64,000 bases of DNA from Escherichia coli. GTDB taxonomy: Bacteria > Pseudomonadota > Gammaproteobacteria > Enterobacterales > Enterobacteriaceae. Location: assembly GCF_050920415.1 (NCBI RefSeq), contig NZ_CP169309.1; one strand, 5' to 3'. The translations under genes and the position numbers were made by a program. Shown piece by piece: positions 10,045 to 23,945 of the stretch (positions are counted from its first letter, which is position 1; every line of letters starts with the position of its first letter). The notes beneath the pieces are model-generated. The model did no database searches. It was not told the origin of the DNA and saw only the letters and a program-made list of their open reading frames with translations.

Positions 10045-10320
10045 ATGCCCAGTACTCCGGAAGAGAAGAAAAAGGTCCTTACTCGAGTTCGTCGTATTCG
10101 GGGGCAAATTGATGCTCTGGAACGGTCGCTGGAGGGTGATGCCGAATGCCGTGCCATACTCCAACAGATCGCTGCCGTTCGGGGCGCGGCTAACGGGCTG
10201 ATGGCAGAAGTGCTTGAAAGCCATATCCGGGAAACGTTTGACCGAAATGACTGCTACAGCCGCGAAGTCAGCCAATCCGTTGACGACACTATTGAACTGG
10301 TTCGTGCCTATCTTAAATAG
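10045..10320 (+). CDS. frmR: Formaldehyde-responsive transcriptional repressor (CsoR/RcnR family)
   Basis: 91 aa; [30 protein letters not shown]... matches FrmR; track ORF starts at an upstream GTG (10024). Confidence 0.95.
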
Positions 10321-10324
10321 CTGA

Positions 10325-11464
<1,140 letters not shown>

Positions 11465-11556
11465 TTTCCCGCTGATTTCGCCCCGTCCAGTTCAGACGGG
11501 GTTCTCAATACCGTCCCCGGGCAGCCGTCCGGGGATTAACCGTGAGATAATGACTG

Positions 11557-12390
11557 ATGGAACTCATTGAAAAACATGCCAGCTTTGGCGGCTGGCAAAA
11601 TGTGTATCGGCATTATTCCCAATCACTGAAATGTGAAATGAATGTCGGCGTCTATCTCCCACCAAAAGCCGGGAATGAAAAATTGCCGGTACTGTACTGG
11701 CTTTCGGGCCTGACCTGTAACGAGCAGAATTTCATTACTAAATCGGGGATGCAACGTTACGCGGCTGAGCACAACATTATTGTTGTTGCGCCAGACACCA
11801 GTCCGCGAGGCAGTCATGTCGCAGATGCCGACCGTTACGATCTCGGACAAGGTGCCGGGTTTTACCTGAACGCAACGCAAGCGCCGTGGAATGAACATTA
11901 CAAAATGTATGATTATATCCACAACGAGCTGCCGGATTTAGTGATGCAACATTTTCCGGCAACGGAAAGAAAGTCAATCGCGGGTCATTCAATGGGCGGG
12001 CTGGGCGCGCTGGTGCTGGCGTTACGTAACCCAGATGAATATGTCAGCGTCTCGGCGTTTTCGCCCATTGTCTCCCCATCGCAAGTACCGTGGGGACAGC
12101 AAGCCTTTACCGCATATCTTGGTGAAAATAAAGATGCCTGGTTGGATTACGATCCGGTGAGTCTTATTTCACAAGGTCAACGCGTTGCGGAAATCATGGT
12201 TGATCAGGGGTTGAGTGATGATTTTTACGCAGAACAGCTGCGGACTCCAAATCTTGAAAAGATCTGCCAGGAGATGAATATCAAAACGTTAATCCGTTAT
12301 CACGAGGGTTATGATCACAGCTATTATTTTGTCTCCAGTTTTATTGGCGAGCATATTGCCTACCACGCCAATAAACTGAATATGCGTTGA
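11557..12390 (+). CDS. frmB: S-formylglutathione hydrolase (esterase D family)
   Basis: 277 aa; GHSMGG serine hydrolase motif; matches FrmB; operon position after frmA. Confidence 0.95.
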   Translation: MELIEKHASFGGWQNVYRHYSQSLKCEMNVGVYLPPKAGNEKLPVLYWLSGLTCNEQNFITKSGMQRYAAEHNIIVVAPDTSPRGSHVADADRYDLGQGAGFYLNATQAPWNEHYKMYDYIHNELPDLVMQHFPATERKSIAGHSMGGLGALVLALRNPDEYVSVSAFSPIVSPSQVPWGQQAFTAYLGENKDAWLDYDPVSLISQGQRVAEIMVDQGLSDDFYAEQLRTPNLEKICQEMNIKTLIRYHEGYDHSYYFVSSFIGEHIAYHANKLNMR

Positions 12391-12505
12391 GCATCCGCGC
12401 ACGCCAGCCGGATGCGGCGTGAACGCCTTATCCGGCCTACATTTCGCCCATGAGCCGTAGGCATGATAAGACGCGCAAAGCATCGCATCAGGCATCTGTG
12501 CACGG
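12391..12505. repeat. REP/BIME palindromic elements downstream of frmB
   Basis: GCCGGATGCGGCGTGAACGCCTTATCCGGCCTAC and GTAGGCATGATAAGACGCG...GCATCAGGCATC motifs typical of enterobacterial REP units. Confidence 0.75.
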
Positions 12506-12516
12506 CTTATCGATGA

Positions 12517-13056
12517 TTACCACATCAAATCATCAGGCACTTTAAAGTCGGCATACGGATCGTCTTCATCCTGCTCTTCGGCGCTGAGCGCGCTGTGCAA
12601 CACAATACTGCTGGCGTCACGCTGAGCAATTTTATCGGCAACGCTGGCGGGAATAATGGCGTATTCACCTTCGCTATTGTTATCGACCAACAAGCGGGCA
12701 ATCGCCAGACGACCATTAATCAACTGCGTTTGTGTGAGCTTATCGACAAAAATCTTCTTAATCAGATTGCTATCGGTAAAGTTAAAACCGATATCGCCAT
12801 TGGCAATGGTGATCCGGTTCATTTCAATAAGCTGCTTCACCTGAGCTTTATATTCTTTCGCCAGTGCCGCTTGTTTTTGCTGCTCGCTAAGCTGTTTATC
12901 ACGCTCAAGCTGTGCCTTTTTATTTTCTTCTACCGCCGCCCGAGCCTCACGCGCCTGAACGCGCGATTTTTTCGCCGTTCTCTCGACCTTCGCCGCTTTT
13001 TTGCTGGTGACTAATCCTGCTTTGAGCAACTGCTCTTGTAAGGTAAGTTTTGCCAT
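12517..13056 (-). CDS. yaiL: DUF2058-family protein YaiL
   Basis: 179 aa from internal ATG (MAKLTLQEQLLKAGL...); lysine/glutamate-rich; matches YaiL; track ORF has a 24-codon upstream extension. Confidence 0.85.
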   Translation of the reverse strand: MAKLTLQEQLLKAGLVTSKKAAKVERTAKKSRVQAREARAAVEENKKAQLERDKQLSEQQKQAALAKEYKAQVKQLIEMNRITIANGDIGFNFTDSNLIKKIFVDKLTQTQLINGRLAIARLLVDNNSEGEYAIIPASVADKIAQRDASSIVLHSALSAEEQDEDDPYADFKVPDDLMW

Positions 13057-13158
13057 CTTTGTTTCCAAACCCGCTGAATAATTTTTAGCGAGTATACCTG
13101 TAAACGCCGTGGGTGTATTGGGGGGCAAGTCCCTTTCGCCCCGGCTTAATAAGGCGCG

Positions 13159-14370
13159 TCAGGCATCAGCGCACGGCTGCATTCGTGATTTTCGACTCAT
13201 CAAAATAAACACCGCTAATCCAGCAACAAGAATACCCGGCGCAGATGCGGCCATTACGCCAACCGTGCCAGTGCCTAATGCCAGCATTTTCCCTGCCAGC
13301 AACGGGCCGCTCATGGCACCCAGACGCCCAATCGCCACGGCGGTTCCCACGCCGGTTGCGCGGATCTGCGAACTGTAAAACAACGGAGCCAATGCATACA
13401 AAACGCTTTGCCCACCTGTTGCAAACAACCCTGCGACGAATCCCGCCAGCAACATACCGTTAAATGATGACACCGTTCCCAGCGCTAACAGCGAAGCTAA
13501 CATACCGCTATAAATCAGTAGCGACATGGTCATTGGACGCAGTTTATCCATCAGTGCGCCCAATATTAACGTCCCGCTTGCCGCCCCCATTTGTAGTGCA
13601 AACATCACCCCTGCCGCCTGCGATGGCTGGAATCCTTGTTCCACTAAAAGCAGCGGTAGCCAGTTGATCAACATGTAGACCACCAGCAAAGTGAAGAAAT
13701 AACACAACCACAGCAGCAGCGTTGCGGTTGCCGTGTCGGGCGCAAATAACGCACGCAGCGGCGGCGCGGCCTGTTTTTCGCCAGCGAACACCGCCGACTC
13801 CGGCAGCCAGCGCATTAACAGTGGCACCAGAATCAACGGCACCACACCACCTACCCAAAACACCGTTTGCCAGGCTAAGTTTGCCCCGGCAAAACCCAGT
13901 GTCGCCGCCAGCGCCGCGCCAATGGGAACCCCGCAATACATCAGGCTCACCGCCGTTCCACGAAAACGTGGCCCCGCCGCTTCAGACGTCAGGGCGATAA
14001 GATTCGGCAACGCCGCCCCCAGCCCGACACCGGTCATTAGCCGCGCAAAGACCAGTGAGGGGAAATCCCAGGCAATAGCCGTTGCCAGCGAGAACAAACC
14101 AAACAGCGCAACTGAACCAATCAAAATGCGTTTACGACCATAACGGTCCGCCAGCATTCCGCCAACCAGCGCGCCGGGTAGCAAACCGAGTATTCCGGCA
14201 CTGAATATCCAGCCCATTTGCATTTTATCGAGTGCAAAAGCCTGGGCGATGCCACCCGCCGCAATGCCAGCCGCCTGAAGATCCAGTCCTTCCATCAGAG
14301 CGACTAAAAAACAAAGCCCGATGGTCAGCATCAGGCGGGATGAAGATGATGAAGGGGTACGAGTCGACAT
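13159..14370 (-). CDS. mhpT: 3-(3-hydroxyphenyl)propionate MFS transporter
   Basis: 403 aa from ATG 14370 (MSTRTPSSSSS...); 12-TM MFS; matches MhpT; downstream of mhpE. Confidence 0.9.
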   Translation of the reverse strand: MSTRTPSSSSSRLMLTIGLCFLVALMEGLDLQAAGIAAGGIAQAFALDKMQMGWIFSAGILGLLPGALVGGMLADRYGRKRILIGSVALFGLFSLATAIAWDFPSLVFARLMTGVGLGAALPNLIALTSEAAGPRFRGTAVSLMYCGVPIGAALAATLGFAGANLAWQTVFWVGGVVPLILVPLLMRWLPESAVFAGEKQAAPPLRALFAPDTATATLLLWLCYFFTLLVVYMLINWLPLLLVEQGFQPSQAAGVMFALQMGAASGTLILGALMDKLRPMTMSLLIYSGMLASLLALGTVSSFNGMLLAGFVAGLFATGGQSVLYALAPLFYSSQIRATGVGTAVAIGRLGAMSGPLLAGKMLALGTGTVGVMAASAPGILVAGLAVFILMSRKSRMQPCADA

Positions 14371-14449
14371 AAGATGAACCTCGTTGCGAATGCAGGTGAA
14401 TCGCGGCTGATACATTGCCAGCCGCGTAATCAAAACCATTTAATGACTG

Positions 14450-14745
14450 CCTACGGACGAAAGTAGGCCGGATAAGGCGTTTATGCCGCATCCGGCTGTC
14501 GTGCGCCATTGCCTGATTCGACGCTGACGCGTCTTATCATGCCTACAAATTCCCGCGCCATCCGTAGGCCGGATAAGACGTTTACGCCGCATCCGGCAGT
14601 CGTGCACAGATGCCTGATGCGACGCTGACGCGTCTTATCATGCCTACAAATTCCCGCGCCATCCGTAGGCCGGATAAGGCGTTTATGCCGCATCCGGCAG
14701 TCGTGCGCCATTGCCTGATGCGACGCTGACGCGTCTTATCAGGCC
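14450..14745. repeat. BIME array: about 2.8 tandem copies of a 101-bp unit built from REP palindromes
   Basis: Unit beginning GTAGGCCGGATAAG recurs at 14464, 14565 and 14666; each unit contains GCCGCATCCGGC and GACGCGTCTTATCATGCCTAC palindromes. Confidence 0.85.
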
Positions 14746-14779
14746 TGGGATGGGTATACAAAATGCACGTTGCCAGCAG

Positions 14780-15795
14780 TCAACATGATTTGTTGTTGCA
14801 CAGATCCAGCGCCACGTCGACGATCATATCCTCCTGGCCGCCGACCATCCGGCGTTTACCCAGCTCAACGAGAATATCCACCGCGCTTAAACCATAACGC
14901 GCCGCCGCCGTTTCACAGTGACGCAAAAAGCTTGAGTAAACACCAGCGTATCCCAGCGCCAGCGTTTCGCGGTCGACACGTACCGGACGATCCTGCAACG
15001 GACGCACCAGGTCGTCAGCGGCATCCATTAACGCATAGAGATCGGTCCCATGCTGCCAGCCCAGTTTATCCGCGGCGGCAATAAACACTTCCAGCGGTGC
15101 GTTACCTGCACCCGCGCCCATCCCCGCGAGGCTGGCGTCAATGCGGTCACAGCCCTCTTCCACCGCCGCGATAGAGTTCGCCACGCCAAGACTCAAGTTA
15201 TGGTGAGCATGCATGCCGGTTTGCGTTTCCGGTTTGAGCACCGCTTTCAGGGCGCGGAAACGGTCACGGATATCGCTCATGTTCATCGCACCGCCAGAAT
15301 CCACCACATAAATACAGGTCGCACCGTAGCCTTCCATCAGCTTTGCCTGTTTTGCGAGATTCTCTGGCGTGGTCATGTGGCTCATCATCAGAAAGCCAAC
15401 GGTATCCATTCCGAGTTCGCGGGCATACTGAATATGCTGAGCGGAAACATCAGCTTCGGTGCAGTGCGTAGCCACACGAACCACCCGCGCGCCAGCCTGC
15501 CAGGCATTTTTCAGATCGTGAATAGTGCCAATTCCTGGCAGCAACAATGTCGCGATTTTGGCGTGCTTCACCACATCCGCCGCAGCTTCAATCCATTCAA
15601 GGTCGCTATGCGCACCGAAACCATAGTTAAAGCTGGAACCCTGCAAACCATCCCCATGGGCCACTTCAATCGAATCCACGCGGGCATCATCCAGTGCTTT
15701 GGCAATCTGGCGGACATTTTCAAGTGAATACTGATGACGAATGGCGTGCATACCGTCACGCAACGTGACGTCTGAAATATAAAGTTTTTTACCGT

Positions 15796-15799
<4 letters not shown>
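14780..15799 (-). CDS. mhpE: 4-hydroxy-2-oxovalerate aldolase
   Basis: 339 aa; HMGL-like aldolase; matches MhpE; overlaps mhpF by 4 nt. Confidence 0.95.
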
Positions 15800-17561
<1,762 letters not shown>

Positions 17562-18428
17562 TTAAGGACGTGCGAGGAAATTCAGTACCAGTTGATTGAA
17601 AGCGTCGGCATGTTCCCACTGCGCCCAGTGACCACAGTCGCGGAAGATATGCAGCTCAGAACCGGCGATGCCAGAAAGCAGACGCAGCCCTGCGTCCATC
17701 GGCACAAAACGGTCGTTACGCCCCCAGACAATCAGAGTTTGCGCTTTGATTTCCGCCAGACGTGGGCCAAAATCCGGGAACTGTTTCGGATTGGCTTCCA
17801 GGCTCTTAACGAAGTTTTCCAGGTGATCGCGACGCGACAGCATATTATTCAGGCGCGCTTCAAACAGGGCGTCAGTCAAATCGCTGGTATCGAAAACGAA
17901 GATATCCATCATCAGCTTCAGATTTTCGATAGTCGGCTGGCGATAAAGCTGATTCAGTCGCTTAATGCCTTCAGTTGGCATCGGCGTAAACAAACTCATG
18001 CCACCTGTACCGCCGCCCATCAGCACCAGTTTGCCGACGCGCTCCGGCCAGTTAAGGGTGAACGCCACAGAACTGTGGCCGCCCATCGAGTTGCCCAGCA
18101 GGTGGATTTTGGCGATATCCAGTTGATCCACCACGCTTTTCAGGATGCGCGCATTGAGATCCGATCGCGAACCACTGTTAACGATCGAATCGCTCTTACC
18201 CCAACCAGGACAATCCAGCAGGATCACCCGATAACCAGCTTCTACCAGCGGATCGATATTGCGGCTGAAGTTCGCCCAGCCCGTAGCCCCCGGGCCGGAG
18301 CCGTGCAGCAGGACAACGGTTTCGTCGCCTTGACCGCAGTCATTAAAATGGATGCGCAGCGTTTTACCCGCTTCTTCTACATTCAGAAAACAGCTGGTGG
18401 CGGCTTCGGTTTGTGGCTGATAACTCAT
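17562..18428 (-). CDS. mhpC: 2-hydroxy-6-oxonona-2,4-dienedioate hydrolase (alpha/beta hydrolase)
   Basis: 288 aa from ATG at 18428 ([12 protein letters not shown]...); GNSMGG nucleophile elbow; alternative in-frame starts at 18443 and 18491. Confidence 0.9.
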   Translation of the reverse strand: MSYQPQTEAATSCFLNVEEAGKTLRIHFNDCGQGDETVVLLHGSGPGATGWANFSRNIDPLVEAGYRVILLDCPGWGKSDSIVNSGSRSDLNARILKSVVDQLDIAKIHLLGNSMGGHSSVAFTLNWPERVGKLVLMGGGTGGMSLFTPMPTEGIKRLNQLYRQPTIENLKLMMDIFVFDTSDLTDALFEARLNNMLSRRDHLENFVKSLEANPKQFPDFGPRLAEIKAQTLIVWGRNDRFVPMDAGLRLLSGIAGSELHIFRDCGHWAQWEHADAFNQLVLNFLARP

Positions 18429-18445
18429 CATCTTCTCCTGCATAT

Positions 18446-19390
18446 TCAGTTCTCTGTTCTGGCGCTTAACGAGCCAAATCCGGCAATCCACTCCGGGATC
18501 GGGCGGTAATAACGCCCTTCGCTACGCCAGTTGCCAAACGCAGAAATAGCGGCAAAAGCAGCGACCCAGGTTTTGATTTCATGTGTCGACTTTCCTGCAA
18601 TGGCGGAAAGCTCTTCGTTACTGACGGCATCCAGTTCCTGTATGCGTCCCTGCTCCAGCAAAGACATGAACTGGTTATCCCAAATCGGGTTGAGCGGATG
18701 CAGAGTTCTCTGATCCTCAACAAACCTCTCAGCGGCGCTAATCACCCGTTGCTGGCGCATTTCGCGCTCATTGGCGGGCAAATCTTTCCCGCTACCCAAC
18801 AGACGATCGCGCATATGGGCATCCGCTTTCGCCAGTTCTGGCACCGGCGGCTGATGGGAAAGCCCACCGGAACCCAGGAACAGCACGCGCTTATTCAGCG
18901 TACTGGTGAAACGTCCAATGGCTTCACCCAACATGCGGGTACGCTGAAAACCAGGTAGCGGCATGGCGACACCGTTGATGAATACAGGCAGGACCGGCAC
19001 CTTATCCAGCCCACCGAGCAAGAACTCCAGCGGCTGGGCGAACCCATGATCCACCTGCATACAGTAAGAAACGGCAAGATCAATCCCGCTCTTCATGACG
19101 GCATGCGCACAAGCCTCCGCCAACTCCACAGGCACAGGAAGCTCTCCTGCCGCACTGCCGAAATCGCCAATTGCCGTCGCCCCAACGCCTAAACAGAAGG
19201 GTGGCATCACGTCATAGAAAAAACCGTTGTAATGATCTGGCGCAAACAGCACCACCAGTTCAGGGGAGAAGGCCGCAATACGCTCGCGGGCACTGGCAAT
19301 CACGCCATTGACCTCATCAAGTATCTCTTGCGCCGGGTCGACATACCCTACCAGCGGCGAGTGGGAAAGACAGTGAAGATAAGCGTGCAT
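18446..19390 (-). CDS. mhpB: 3-carboxyethylcatechol 2,3-dioxygenase (extradiol)
   Basis: 314 aa; matches MhpB; start abuts the mhpA stop. Confidence 0.95.
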   Translation of the reverse strand: MHAYLHCLSHSPLVGYVDPAQEILDEVNGVIASARERIAAFSPELVVLFAPDHYNGFFYDVMPPFCLGVGATAIGDFGSAAGELPVPVELAEACAHAVMKSGIDLAVSYCMQVDHGFAQPLEFLLGGLDKVPVLPVFINGVAMPLPGFQRTRMLGEAIGRFTSTLNKRVLFLGSGGLSHQPPVPELAKADAHMRDRLLGSGKDLPANEREMRQQRVISAAERFVEDQRTLHPLNPIWDNQFMSLLEQGRIQELDAVSNEELSAIAGKSTHEIKTWVAAFAAISAFGNWRSEGRYYRPIPEWIAGFGSLSARTEN

Positions 19391-19391
19391 A

Positions 19392-21056
19392 TCAGGCTAC
19401 CTTTTCGACAGAAACGTCGACATCAGGGCGGTTGAGTGTCATCACGGACGCCAGTTTATTCAGCGTATTACCCAGAGTTTGCGGAATGGCGATGGCGGCA
19501 ACAAAGCGATCCGGGCGCATCACCACCAGCGAAGCATTATGTTGTGCGAACCAGCTACGCAGGCGACCTTGCGTATCGCCCACGCGCAGCACGCCGTCGT
19601 AGTTATCCTGCGCGGTATGAATTTGCACATCCGGCACCACCTGAATGAAGCGAGTACCCAGCGCGCGCCATTGCTGGATTTGCTCATCGCTCATCCCCCA
19701 CAGTGGATTGCATCCCCAGCCAATTACCGCGAAGTTCGCGCCGATCGCGTTATCGAGCAACGTCACGTCGCCGTTTTCCAGCGTGACTTTCGGCTGAATA
19801 AACATCTTGCCGACCGGAGAGTGCTTCGCTTCGCCTTCACGCACCAGCGCACCGGCGTAATATTGCGGCATCGGCTTGAAGCGCATTTCGAGAAAGTAGC
19901 GTTTTACTGGCGGTAGATAATTCAGCAGCCAGGAAACACCGTCACGTAACGTACCCTGCCAGCGTTTCGGCGGAGCCAGTACGTTGCCCGCCGTCACCGA
20001 CAGATCAATCATCGCTTTGGCGTGATCGCGACGTTCTTGTTGATAGGTATCGAGCAGCGCATCGCGAGCTTTCCCCTGGATAACCAACGCCAGTTTCCAG
20101 GCGAGGTTAAAGGCGTCGCGCATACCACTGTTATAGCCCTGCCCCTGCCACACCGGCATGATATGTGCGGCATCGCCCGCCAGCAGTACGCGGTCAATAC
20201 GAAAACGTTGTGCCAGTCGCGCGTTGTGGGTGTAGACACGCTGGCGAATCAACTCGACGTTGTCCGGATTAGGCAGCACTTTGCTTAACAGCTTGCGCAT
20301 ATTTTGCGGCTCGCGGAGCTGTTCTTCGGTTTCGCCCGGCATCACCATAAATTCAAAGCGACGTACCGCATGAGGCAGAGCCGCAGAAACATACGGGCGC
20401 ACCGGATCGCAACACAAATAGATATGCGGCGTACTTAACGGATCGTTGGCGATATCCACCACAATCCACTGATTTGGTGCGGTTTTACCTTCAAACGGCA
20501 CATTCAGGGTGCGCCGGACAAAACTTGCTCCACCGTCACAGGCTACCAGCCACTGGGCTTTGACCGTTTCCCGCTGCCCTTCTGCCGTTTTCAGATACAA
20601 GGTCACTTCGTCATCTTGCTGGCTAAAGGCCTCCAGCTCGCGGGAAAACAGGCAGCGCACATTCGGAAACCGCGATAACCCTTCCAGCATCACCGCATCG
20701 ACCTGCGGCTGAATAAAGGCGTTACGACGCGGCCAGCCAAATTCATCGGTCATTGGCTGAATATCAGCAAAACAGCGGCCTTTTGGGGTAAGAAAACGCA
20801 TCGCATGCCACGGCGTAGTGTGCGGCAGAACATTATCGACAAGGCCAACCGACTGCATGGTGCGCAGCGCCTCGTCATCAATTCCAATCGCGCGTGGATA
20901 GTCGATCAACTTATCGAGTTTCTCCACCACCAGCACGTCAATGCCCATCTGGCCGAGATAGTTCGCCATCATCAGCCCGACCGGACCGGCACCAGCGATC
21001 GCCACCTGAACGCAATGGTTAACAGCAGGCTGGATGTCAGGGTGTTGTATTGCCAT
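19392..21056 (-). CDS. mhpA: 3-(3-hydroxyphenyl)propionate hydroxylase (FAD monooxygenase)
   Basis: 554 aa; FAD-binding GAGPVG motif; matches MhpA; first gene of the mhp catabolic operon. Confidence 0.95.
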   Translation of the reverse strand: MAIQHPDIQPAVNHCVQVAIAGAGPVGLMMANYLGQMGIDVLVVEKLDKLIDYPRAIGIDDEALRTMQSVGLVDNVLPHTTPWHAMRFLTPKGRCFADIQPMTDEFGWPRRNAFIQPQVDAVMLEGLSRFPNVRCLFSRELEAFSQQDDEVTLYLKTAEGQRETVKAQWLVACDGGASFVRRTLNVPFEGKTAPNQWIVVDIANDPLSTPHIYLCCDPVRPYVSAALPHAVRRFEFMVMPGETEEQLREPQNMRKLLSKVLPNPDNVELIRQRVYTHNARLAQRFRIDRVLLAGDAAHIMPVWQGQGYNSGMRDAFNLAWKLALVIQGKARDALLDTYQQERRDHAKAMIDLSVTAGNVLAPPKRWQGTLRDGVSWLLNYLPPVKRYFLEMRFKPMPQYYAGALVREGEAKHSPVGKMFIQPKVTLENGDVTLLDNAIGANFAVIGWGCNPLWGMSDEQIQQWRALGTRFIQVVPDVQIHTAQDNYDGVLRVGDTQGRLRSWFAQHNASLVVMRPDRFVAAIAIPQTLGNTLNKLASVMTLNRPDVDVSVEKVA

Positions 21057-21197
21057 TTCAGTACCTCACGACTCGGAAAAAATGCCGTTGCGCGCACAGT
21101 TCAACGCAACTTATTTTGTTAAAAACATGTGAATGATTTTTTATTGTGCGCTCAGTATAGGAAGGGTGTTTTCGGCTACAATCGAAACATGCCTGAG

Positions 21198-21214
21198 TGT
21201 GCACCAAGTGCACA
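21198..21214. promoter_or_regulatory. Candidate MhpR operator palindrome in the mhpR-mhpA divergent region
   Basis: TGTGCACCAAGTGCACA: perfect 7-bp arms TGTGCAC/GTGCACA around a 3-bp centre; resembles the MhpR site as I recall it. Confidence 0.45.
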
Positions 21215-21246
21215 ACGTTGTTTTAACTATAGAAATGTCAATTAAT

Positions 21247-22080
21247 ATGCAGAAAGATGAGCAGACGGAATACAAAACCGTGCGCGGCTTAACCCGCGGT
21301 CTAATGTTATTAAATATGTTAAATAAACTCGATGGCGGTGCCAGCGTCGGGCTGCTGGCGGAGCTCAGCGGCCTGCATCGCACCACTGTGCGGCGACTGC
21401 TGGAAACGCTGCAGGAAGAGGGATATGTCCGGCGCAGTCCCTCCGATGACAGTTTTCGTCTGACCATCAAAGTGCGGCAATTAAGCGAAGGATTTCGTGA
21501 CGAACAATGGATTTCTGCACTGGCAGCCCCGCTGCTGGGCGATCTGTTGCGCGAAGTGGTATGGCCGACAGATGTGTCCACGCTGGATGTTGATGCAATG
21601 GTGGTACGCGAAACCACCCACCGTTTCAGCCGTTTATCCTTTCACCGGGCAATGGTCGGGCGACGTTTACCGCTTCTGAAAACCGCCTCGGGCCTGACCT
21701 GGCTGGCCTTTTGCCCGGAACAAGAACGCAAGGAGTTAATCGAAATGTTAGCCGCCCGCTCCGGTGATGACTATCAGCTGGCACGGGAGCCGTTAAAGCT
21801 GGAAGCCATTCTGGCGCGCGCACGCAAAGAGGGTTACGGACAGAACTATCGTGGCTGGGATCAGGAAGAGAAGATCGCCTCCATTGCCGTGCCCCTACGC
21901 AGTGAACAACGGGTGATTGGCTGTCTGAATCTGGTGTATATGGCGAGCGCAATGACCATCGAACAGGCAGCGGAAAAGCATCTTCCGGCGCTACAACGGG
22001 TAGCAAAACAGATCGAAGAAGGGGTTGAATCGCAGGCTATTCTGGTGGCCGGACGGCGAAGCGGCGTGCATTTACGCTAG
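21247..22080 (+). CDS. mhpR: IclR-family transcriptional activator of the mhp operon
   Basis: 277 aa from ATG 21247 (MQKDEQTEYKTVRGL...); IclR HTH plus effector domain; divergent from mhpA. Confidence 0.92.
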   Translation: MQKDEQTEYKTVRGLTRGLMLLNMLNKLDGGASVGLLAELSGLHRTTVRRLLETLQEEGYVRRSPSDDSFRLTIKVRQLSEGFRDEQWISALAAPLLGDLLREVVWPTDVSTLDVDAMVVRETTHRFSRLSFHRAMVGRRLPLLKTASGLTWLAFCPEQERKELIEMLAARSGDDYQLAREPLKLEAILARARKEGYGQNYRGWDQEEKIASIAVPLRSEQRVIGCLNLVYMASAMTIEQAAEKHLPALQRVAKQIEEGVESQAILVAGRRSGVHLR

Positions 22081-22194
22081 TTGCGCCAATGTGTAATTTG
22101 GCCCATTCTCATCGTTATTCGCCCATTTGCCCACATGCACAGTACGGGCTGCACGCTACGCTAATGCCATCAATACTGTGATGTGGAGCAAATC

Positions 22195-22971
22195 ATGAAA
22201 ATTACTCAAATTCGTAATGCCACCCAAATTATCCAATACGCTGGCAAAACATTTCTTATTGACCCGTTACTCGCGCCTAAAGGAAGTTATCCGGGTTTTG
22301 CCGGAACGGCACGCGCAGAAATCCGCAATCCAACGGTAGAATTACCGTGCGATTTAACAACGTTACTCAACGTTGACGCCCTAATAGTGACCCATTTGCA
22401 TGAAGATCACTGGGACGAAACAGCCTCCCGCGTCGTCCCCAAAGATAAACTGATTTATGTGCAAAATGAGCAAGATGCTGAATCACTGCATAAACAAGGA
22501 TTTACGCATCTTACCGTACTTGCCGACGAGACTAAATTTGGCGATATTACTCTGCATAAAACGACAGGGCAGCACGGCTCCGATCGCACCTATGCAGACC
22601 CGGCTATGGCGAAGCGTTTAGGCGCAGCCTGCGGCGTTGTTTTCCAGCACCCGACAGAGAAAACGCTCTATCTGGCTGGCGATACCCTCTGGCGTGATGA
22701 CGTCGAGGCTACAATGCTAACTTTCCAACCAGAAGTGGTGGTGTTGAATGCCGGATTTGCGCATGTTCTGGGGCATGGCGCGATAATTATGGGAGCTGAA
22801 GATATTCTCAAAACACATTTTACCCTGCCAGAAGCGCAAATTGTCGCGACACATATGGAGGCCGTAAACCACTGTTTGCTGACGCGTGATGCGCTCAAGG
22901 AATACGCCAGAGATAATCAAATTATCGAATTTGTGAACGTACCAGAAGATGGTGAAACGTTGACATTCTAA
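22195..22971 (+). CDS. Metallo-beta-lactamase-fold hydrolase (accessory, not at this locus in K-12 as recalled)
   Basis: 258 aa from ATG 22195 with GGAG 6 nt upstream; HxHxDH-type motif region (VTHLHEDHWDE); track ORF starts at an upstream GTG. Confidence 0.8.
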   Translation: MKITQIRNATQIIQYAGKTFLIDPLLAPKGSYPGFAGTARAEIRNPTVELPCDLTTLLNVDALIVTHLHEDHWDETASRVVPKDKLIYVQNEQDAESLHKQGFTHLTVLADETKFGDITLHKTTGQHGSDRTYADPAMAKRLGAACGVVFQHPTEKTLYLAGDTLWRDDVEATMLTFQPEVVVLNAGFAHVLGHGAIIMGAEDILKTHFTLPEAQIVATHMEAVNHCLLTRDALKEYARDNQIIEFVNVPEDGETLTF

Positions 22972-22990
22972 TTCGGAGATAAAGAGTGTT

Positions 22991-23944
22991 ATGCGCCCGC
23001 TAACTGTTGCCATTATCGCCGTTGCCGGTTTTAGTCCTTTTCACCTTTCCGTACCGTTTATCGTGTTTAGCGAAAAAATGGCGGAGAAAAAACGCTTTCA
23101 TGTAATTATCTGCGCTGAAAAGCCGGGAAATGTGGACTCTGCCGATGGGTTTTCCGTAACCGCCACCCATGACTATACGGCAGTCATCCAGGCGGATATT
23201 GTGATAATTCCTTACTGGGGAACAATTACACAAAAACCGCCACAAAAACTGCTGGAAGCCTTAACGACCGCACGAGATAACGGGGCACAGATTGTCGGGC
23301 TTTGCCTGGGCACGTTTGTGCTCGGCTATGCAGGTTTACTGAACAATAAGCGTGCTGCCACGCACTGGGAGTTCGAGCGTGAATTTCAGGCACGTTTTCC
23401 ACAAACACATCTGGATATTAACGCGTTGTATGTAGACGATGATGGCATTATTACCTCTGCCGGTACTGCCGCGGCGCTGGATTGCTGTTTGTATATTGTT
23501 CGGCAACATTTTGGCAGCGACTATGCTAACCATATTGCCCGACGGATGGTCGTACCGCCATATCGCACCGGCGGTCAGGCGCAGTTTATAGAGCAACCGG
23601 TGCCGAAAAATACCCATGATGAACGCATTAACCTCCTGCTGGATTACCTGCGGCAAAACATTGCGCAACAGCATGATCTCGACTCGCTGGCTCAGCGAGT
23701 AATGATGAGTCGCCGCACACTAACCCGTCATTTTATGAAAGCGACCGGTTCGAGTATCGCCGAATGGCTCATCACTGAACGCTTACGCCGTAGCCAGGAA
23801 CTGTTGGGATCCAGTCAGTTGCCCGTTGAGCGGATAGCGGCTGAGGTGGGTTTTCTCTCACCTGTGACCTGGCGTCAGCATTTTAAATCTCACTTCGGCG
23901 TCAGCCCCGCAGAATGGCGCAAAACCTTTCGTGGTATGGCATGA
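22991..23944 (+). CDS. GlxA-type transcriptional regulator (DJ-1/PfpI-like domain + AraC-family HTH)
   Basis: 317 aa; N-terminal class I glutamine amidotransferase-like fold; C-terminal AraC HTH (RTLTRHFMKATGSSIAEWLITERL...); stop TGA 23942-23944 lies inside the lacI -10 hexamer. Confidence 0.8.
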   Translation: MRPLTVAIIAVAGFSPFHLSVPFIVFSEKMAEKKRFHVIICAEKPGNVDSADGFSVTATHDYTAVIQADIVIIPYWGTITQKPPQKLLEALTTARDNGAQIVGLCLGTFVLGYAGLLNNKRAATHWEFEREFQARFPQTHLDINALYVDDDGIITSAGTAAALDCCLYIVRQHFGSDYANHIARRMVVPPYRTGGQAQFIEQPVPKNTHDERINLLLDYLRQNIAQQHDLDSLAQRVMMSRRTLTRHFMKATGSSIAEWLITERLRRSQELLGSSQLPVERIAAEVGFLSPVTWRQHFKSHFGVSPAEWRKTFRGMA

Positions 23945-23945
23945 T
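23917..23945 (+). promoter_or_regulatory. lacI promoter (-35 GCGCAA, 17-bp spacer, -10 CATGAT)
   Basis: Matches the classic constitutive lacI promoter as recalled; -35 at 23917-23922 and -10 at 23940-23945, 36 bp upstream of the lacI GTG. Confidence 0.7.

Noticed and set aside
12595-13014. 139-aa ORF antisense to yaiL
   Set aside because: Fully contained within yaiL on the opposite strand; low-complexity translation.
14225-14711. Two ORFs (94 and 76 aa) with near-identical N-termini MAHDSRMRHKRLIRPT / MAHDCRMRHKRLIRPT
   Set aside because: They are translations of successive REP/BIME repeat units (the shared peptide is the REP palindrome read in frame), not a duplicated gene.
14450-14745. 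Possible CRISPR array suggested by tandem repeats
   Set aside because: Repeat unit is 101 bp, composed of REP palindromes with no unique spacers and no cas genes nearby; this is a BIME array.
21141-21617. 158-aa ORF antisense to the mhpR 5' region and promoter
   Set aside because: Overlaps mhpR and the mhpA-mhpR control region on the opposite strand; serine/arginine-rich low-complexity translation; no support.
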